Source: Alkanindiges sp. WGS2144
Lineage (GTDB): Bacteria; Pseudomonadota; Gammaproteobacteria; Pseudomonadales; Moraxellaceae
Length of the DNA: 32,000 nt
Reading direction: 5' to 3' (one strand)
Assembly (NCBI RefSeq): GCF_043950625.1
Contig: NZ_CP171007.1
The position numbers and the translations under genes were made by a program. Numbering within the stretch: the first letter of the stretch is position 1; each line of letters starts with the position of its first letter. A model generated the notes under the pieces. The model searched no databases, was not told where the DNA came from, and was given only the letters and a program-made list of their open reading frames with translations. Below, piece after piece: positions 28,174 to 32,000 of this stretch.

Positions 28174-29451
28174 TTATAAGCGCAGGTCGGTAGTTTGTTT
28201 ATCCAAAATATATTTTAAATCGTAAATAACGCACTGGGGTTTACCCAGCCCTCTGATTTCCTCTATTGGCATCTGTTTAAATTGCTGATGCCCAATAGCA
28301 AGCACAATCGCGTCATACGCCTTGGCGTGTGGTTGATCAACCGGCTTTAACCCATACTCCTGCTCAACCTCTTTATGGTCTACCCAGGGATCATAAATAT
28401 CCAGCGATAGATCGTATTCTTTTAAGGCCTTCACCATATCAATAATTTTGGTATTACGGATATCGGGGCAGTTCTCCTTAAAAGTCAGTCCCATGACCAG
28501 AATACGTGCGCCCACGACCTGAATACGCTGTTTAACCATTTCTTTTATAAGCTGAGTTGCCACATATTCACCCATACGGTCGTTTAAACGACGTGCGGCC
28601 AGAATGATTTCCGGATGCAAGCCAATGGATTGCGCTTTATGGGTTAAATAATAGGGGTCGACTCCAATACAGTGTCCGCCCACCAGCCCGGGTCGAAATG
28701 GTAAAAAGTTCCATTTTGTTCCAGCAGCTTTGAGTACTTCTTCGGTATCAATACCGAGCTTATTAAAAATTAAAGCCAGTTCATTAATTAAGGCGATATT
28801 GACATCGCGCTGGGTGTTTTCAATCACCTTGGCGGCTTCAGCCACCTTAATGCTGGAGGCTTTGTGCGTACCTACCGTAACGATCTGGTTATAAACGGCA
28901 TCAACCAGATCAGCAGCTTGCGGGGTTGAGCCCGAGGTGATTTTTTTAATATTGGTAACCCGGTGTTCTTTATCGCCCGGATTAATACGCTCCGGGCTAT
29001 AGCCTGCAAAAAAGTCCTGATTAAACTTAAGGCCAGAGTTTTTTTCCAGTACCGGAATGCAGTCTTCCTCGGTTGCGCCAGGGTAAACCGTGGATTCATA
29101 CACCACCACATCGCCTTTTTTAAGCACTTTGGCAATGGTTTCTGAGGCTTTAATTAATGGAGTTAAATCCGGCTGCTTATAGTCATCAATAGGGGTAGGT
29201 ACAGTCACAATATAAAAATTGCAATCTGCCAACTGCTCAAGTTCATGACTAAAAGACAGACGTGGGCTAGCAGCAAGCTCTTGACTTGTGACCTCCAATG
29301 TATGATCTATACCAGTCTGCAGGTCATGAATGCGAGCCTGATTAATATCAAAGCCAACCACATCAAACTTTTTGCCAAACTCTACGGCAAGCGGCAATCC
29401 CACATAGCCCAGGCCAATAATCCCAATTTTAAGATGCTGTAAATCTACCAT
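28174..29451 (-). CDS. tviB: UDP-N-acetyl-hexosamine 6-dehydrogenase of the TviB/Gna/WbpO nucleotide-sugar dehydrogenase family
   Basis: 425 aa with N-terminal Rossmann motif [20 protein letters not shown]. There are long stretches I recognise from TviB-type enzymes ([112 protein letters not shown]). The exact substrate is not determinable from sequence. Confidence 0.85.
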   Translation of the reverse strand: MVDLQHLKIGIIGLGYVGLPLAVEFGKKFDVVGFDINQARIHDLQTGIDHTLEVTSQELAASPRLSFSHELEQLADCNFYIVTVPTPIDDYKQPDLTPLIKASETIAKVLKKGDVVVYESTVYPGATEEDCIPVLEKNSGLKFNQDFFAGYSPERINPGDKEHRVTNIKKITSGSTPQAADLVDAVYNQIVTVGTHKASSIKVAEAAKVIENTQRDVNIALINELALIFNKLGIDTEEVLKAAGTKWNFLPFRPGLVGGHCIGVDPYYLTHKAQSIGLHPEIILAARRLNDRMGEYVATQLIKEMVKQRIQVVGARILVMGLTFKENCPDIRNTKIIDMVKALKEYDLSLDIYDPWVDHKEVEQEYGLKPVDQPHAKAYDAIVLAIGHQQFKQMPIEEIRGLGKPQCVIYDLKYILDKQTTDLRL

Positions 29452-29663
29452 GCGAAAACCCCAGAGACTTTAATGCGCTTTATCTGAATTTTACTGCTTT
29501 TTCAGCCTCGGGCTGCTTACCAAAATAATAGCAATTCTAGCTAGCGCCAGAATGTGCCGTTACTCACTTGGCGCAGTATAACCGCGCTACTCATGACAAT
29601 AAAGAACTTCCAGGTGTGTTTGACACCACAGCCAGGCACAATATTTTTTATTGGTTTTTATAA

Positions 29664-29672
29664 AAAAGCCCC
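29664..29672 (-). terminator. Distal arm of the actP intrinsic terminator, separated from its partner by the IS
   Basis: AAAAGCCCC is the exact complement of GGGGCTTTT at 31122-31130. On the minus strand it is followed by a T run (GGGGCTTTTTTAT). Confidence 0.55.
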
Positions 29673-29678
29673 TGAATC

Positions 29679-29702
29679 TGAACTGACCCCCGAAAGTTGG
29701 AC
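29679..29702. repeat. IS terminal inverted repeat (orfB-proximal end)
   Basis: TGAACTGACCCCCGAAAGTTGGAC, compared with the reverse complement of 31093-31116, TGAACTGCACCCCGAAAGTTGGAC. Confidence 0.88.
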
Positions 29703-29708
29703 GGTTGA

Positions 29709-30608
29709 TTAAGCAGTAAGAGAGGCCTGTTTCCTGTACTCAACAGGGGACAGACCTTTTAATTTCACTTTGATTCGTTCATGGTTGTAATAGTGGATAT
29801 AGGCTTTTACAGTTTGCTCCAGTTCATCAATGGATGCAAACTCATAACCGTGGAAGCACTCTGACTTTAATATGCCAAAGAAGCTCTCCATCGCGGCATT
29901 ATCCAGGCAATTGCCTTTTCTGGACATGCTGATGGTTAAGCCATGCTGTGCAAGCTGATACTGGTAATGACGCATCTGATACTGCCAGCCTTGGTCAGAG
30001 TGGACAATAGGCTTTTCATTAGGTTTAAGCTGCTTTAGTGCATCATCCATCATGTTTTTCACCAGACTATACACTGGCCTGCGCTGGGTCTTAAATGCAA
30101 TAATTTCGCCATTAAATAAATCCATGATCGGTGACAGATATAACTTTTCGCCTCGCACATTAAACTCGGTCACATCAGTTACCCACTTATAGTTTGGCCT
30201 ATCAGCCTTGAACTGACGCTGTAATACATTGTCAGCCACCTTGCCAACCTCTCCCTTATAAGAACGATATTTAACTATCCTGATCCGTGATTTAAGCCCC
30301 ATCGACTGCATTAATCGTTGAACACACTTATGGTTAATGACATTGCCTAGATTCTTGAGTGTCAGTGTAATTCTGCGATAGCCATACCGCCCCTTATGCT
30401 GATGATATATTGCCTTAATCTGCTGTTTTAGTTCACTATATTTATCATCCATTTTAAAACTCTGCTGATGATAAAAGTAGGTGCTGCGTGCCAGCTTCGC
30501 TGCCCGTAGCAAGTGCTTTAGTGCGTGGATTTGCCTTAATTCTGAGATCAGTCTTGCAGCTTGCGCTGCTTGGCTTCCCGCTCCAGTCTTAAGGCTCTCC
30601 GCTTTTTT
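29709..30608 (-). CDS. IS3-family transposase OrfB (DDE integrase domain), expressed as an OrfAB fusion by -1 frameshifting
   Basis: The frame is open from the slippery site (30608) to the stop at 29709; the ORF track lists 29709..30512 from a TTG. The DDE triad context is KWVTDVTEF, VHSDQGWQY and GNCLDNAAMESFFGILKSE. Confidence 0.88.
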   Translation of the reverse strand, partial: KKAESLKTGAGSQAAQAARLISELRQIHALKHLLRAAKLARSTYFYHQQSFKMDDKYSELKQQIKAIYHQHKGRYGYRRITLTLKNLGNVINHKCVQRLMQSMGLKSRIRIVKYRSYKGEVGKVADNVLQRQFKADRPNYKWVTDVTEFNVRGEKLYLSPIMDLFNGEIIAFKTQRRPVYSLVKNMMDDALKQLKPNEKPIVHSDQGWQYQMRHYQYQLAQHGLTISMSRKGNCLDNAAMESFFGILKSECFHGYEFASIDELEQTVKAYIHYYNHERIKVKLKGLSPVEYRKQASLTA

Positions 30609-31063
30609 AAATAAGCATTCTCCGCACGTAGATATGCCAGCTCCTCAAGTAACTCAGCTTGCGTTTTATCACCGTCTGCTTTAGCTGGTAGTGGCTTTGA
30701 CATGGTCTTGGGGCTTCCTCTTTGTTTTGGTTTTAAGCCAGCAATACCGTATTCCTTATATTGGCGCAACCATGAAGCAACCAAGGCAGAGCTTTTTAAA
30801 CCTGAAGCTTTCATGGCTTCACGAATTGATAATCCTTCTTCTATTATAAAAAGAACAGTTTGCTGTTTTAATGCAAATGAATATTTGCTCTTTGAGTTGT
30901 TGGTTTTTAACCCCTCTTCACCATAGAGCTGATAAATATCTACCCATTTACGGACATGTTCATCACTGATCTCAAAGTGCTTACTTACAGTTCGTCTACC
31001 ACTATTGGTAGATATGAAGTATTGAACAACTTTGAGTTTAAATTCTTGAGAATATTTAGCCAT
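30548..31063 (-). CDS. IS3-family transposase OrfA (helix-turn-helix / leucine-zipper part)
   Basis: ORF 30548..31117. The likely start is the ATG at 31063 (MAKYSQEFKLKVVQYF...). It has two HTH-like segments and a C-terminal LEELAYLRAENAYLKK coiled coil typical of IS3/IS150 OrfA. Confidence 0.88.
   Translation of the reverse strand: MAKYSQEFKLKVVQYFISTNSGRRTVSKHFEISDEHVRKWVDIYQLYGEEGLKTNNSKSKYSFALKQQTVLFIIEEGLSIREAMKASGLKSSALVASWLRQYKEYGIAGLKPKQRGSPKTMSKPLPAKADGDKTQAELLEELAYLRAENAYLKKRRALRLEREAKQRKLQD
30602..30608 (-). promoter_or_regulatory. Programmed -1 ribosomal frameshift heptamer A_AAA_AAG
   Basis: The minus strand reads TTA AAA AAG in the orfA frame (LKK). After a -1 slip the reading AAA AAA GCG GAG AGC ... 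continues without a stop into orfB. Confidence 0.75.
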
Positions 31064-31092
31064 TAAAAAACACCCTTCAAATTGGATGGAGT

Positions 31093-31116
31093 GTCCAACT
31101 TTCGGGGTGCAGTTCA
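31093..31116. repeat. IS terminal inverted repeat (orfA-proximal end)
   Basis: GTCCAACTTTCGGGGTGCAGTTCA, whose reverse complement matches 29679-29702 at 22/24 positions. Confidence 0.88.
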
Positions 31117-31121
31117 TTGTT

Positions 31122-31130
31122 GGGGCTTTT
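31122..31130 (-). terminator. Proximal arm of the actP intrinsic terminator (disrupted by the IS)
   Basis: GGGGCTTTT lies about 25 nt downstream of the actP stop on the minus strand. Its partner arm is at 29664-29672, on the other side of the IS. Confidence 0.55.
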
Positions 31131-31155
31131 AGGAAAAAAGAAAGGATAATACGAC

Positions 31156-32000
31156 TTAATGCTCCTGCGCACCTGATGCCCCAACGCCCGTCATGGAACG
31201 CACAAACTGGGCATCAAAGCCGGCTTTATCACGCGCGGCACGGGCAGATTTGTCAGTGACCGAGAATAGCCAGCAAGCTGTAAATGCCAGCAGCATGGAA
31301 AATAATGCCGGGTTGCTATACGCTAACGGCGCGGTATCGCCAAGACCCAGGGTATCTACCCACACCGCCTTGGTAAAGAAGATCATGATCACTGCACTGC
31401 TTAAACCCAGCCAGCCACCAATCACTGCACCACGGGTCGTTAAACCCTTCCAGAACATCGACAGTACCAGCACCGGAAAGTTAGCCGATGCGGCCACGGC
31501 AAAGGCCAGTCCTACCATAAAGGCCACGTTTTGTTTTTCAAACACAATGCCCAGGAACATGGCAAAAATAGCCAGGCCGACGGTAGCCATTTTGGACACG
31601 CGCAATTGGGATTCTTCAGTGGTTTGGCCTTTTTTAAACACGTTGGCATATAGGTCGTGCGATACCGATGAGGCACCAGACAGGGTTAAACCAGCTACCA
31701 CCGCCAAAATAGTGGCAAAGGCAACCGCTGAAATAAAGCCTAAAAACCAGTTACCACCCACGGCATGCGCCAGATGTACTGCCGCCATATTGCTACCGCC
31801 AATGAGTTCCAGCTTGCCAGTGAGCGCCATTTTGGCAGTATCCAGATAAGCTGGGTTTTGCGCCACAAACAATATGGCACCAAAACCAATAATAAAGGTA
31901 AGCAGGTAAAAATAGCCAATAAAACCAGTCGCATAAACTACCGATTTACGTGCTTCGTTGGCATCTTTTACCGTAAAAAAGCGCATCAGGATATGGGGCA
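31156..32000 (-). CDS. actP: Cation/acetate symporter ActP (SSF family), C-terminal portion; the gene continues past the window end
   Basis: The frame stays open upstream of the listed Met (...[42 protein letters not shown]...). It is near-collinear with E. coli ActP through to the C-terminus ([16 protein letters not shown]). Confidence 0.9.
   Translation of the reverse strand, partial: PHILMRFFTVKDANEARKSVVYATGFIGYFYLLTFIIGFGAILFVAQNPAYLDTAKMALTGKLELIGGSNMAAVHLAHAVGGNWFLGFISAVAFATILAVVAGLTLSGASSVSHDLYANVFKKGQTTEESQLRVSKMATVGLAIFAMFLGIVFEKQNVAFMVGLAFAVAASANFPVLVLSMFWKGLTTRGAVIGGWLGLSSAVIMIFFTKAVWVDTLGLGDTAPLAYSNPALFSMLLAFTACWLFSVTDKSARAARDKAGFDAQFVRSMTGVGASGAQEH

Larger units (their letters stand above)
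29679..31116 (-). mobile_element. Complete IS3-family insertion sequence (IS150-like organisation), 1438 bp
   Basis: 24-bp terminal inverted repeats match at 22/24 positions and give TG...CA ends. Two overlapping ORFs (orfA HTH, orfB DDE) are linked by an A_AAA_AAG frameshift motif. The specific IS name cannot be assigned without ISfinder. Confidence 0.92.

Noticed and set aside
29675-31120. A search for a 3-4 bp target-site duplication flanking the IS.
   Set aside because: The flanks read aatc and ttgt, with no direct repeat at any offset of the TG/CA ends that I tried. This is reported as an open observation in the findings, not as a feature.
31193-31849. A 218-aa plus-strand ORF inside actP.
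   Set aside because: It is antisense to a strongly conserved transporter gene and has an Ala/Thr/Ser/Pro-rich shadow-ORF composition.

Overview
This window is a chromosomal segment from a gammaproteobacterium that looks like an Acinetobacter-type member of the Moraxellaceae. That placement rests on remembered protein sequences and on the hns-gspN-gspC-gspD and uvrA/MFS-ssb gene order; no search was possible here.

Positions 1-12.1 kb, all on the minus strand, hold the classic translation/transcription cluster: tRNA-Thr, tRNA-Tyr, tRNA-Gly, tRNA-Thr, tuf, tRNA-Trp, secE, nusG, rplK, rplA, rplJ, rplL, rpoB and the 5' end of rpoC. The tRNA-tuf operon is preceded by trpE.

Positions 12.3-23.2 kb carry:
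- gph
- a tail-anchored FHA-domain protein
- a partial type II secretion cluster, gspN-gspC-gspD
- hns
- ssb, preceded by an MFS transporter gene
- uvrA, divergent from the MFS-ssb pair

After the uvrA terminator (about 23.2 kb) the content becomes a mosaic of unrelated single genes:
- a PNPOx-like flavoprotein
- an ion-channel-like membrane protein with a degenerate selectivity filter
- an aryl-alcohol-type Zn dehydrogenase
- a DUF3565 protein paired with an AidB-like acyl-CoA dehydrogenase
- an orphan TviB/Gna-type UDP-sugar 6-dehydrogenase
- a complete IS3-family element (29679-31116) sitting inside what looks like the actP terminator hairpin
- the 3' part of actP

I found no rRNA, CRISPR array, tandem-repeat array, prophage gene or recognisable defence or toxin-antitoxin module. 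I do not see convincing evidence for a new multi-gene system. The best leads are the FHA protein attached to the gspD operon, the IS insertion and its polar effects, the DUF3565/AidB-like pair, the atypical channel, and an 18-bp perfect palindrome covering a translation start. All start-codon refinements and family calls come from reading the supplied translations; none has been checked against a database.
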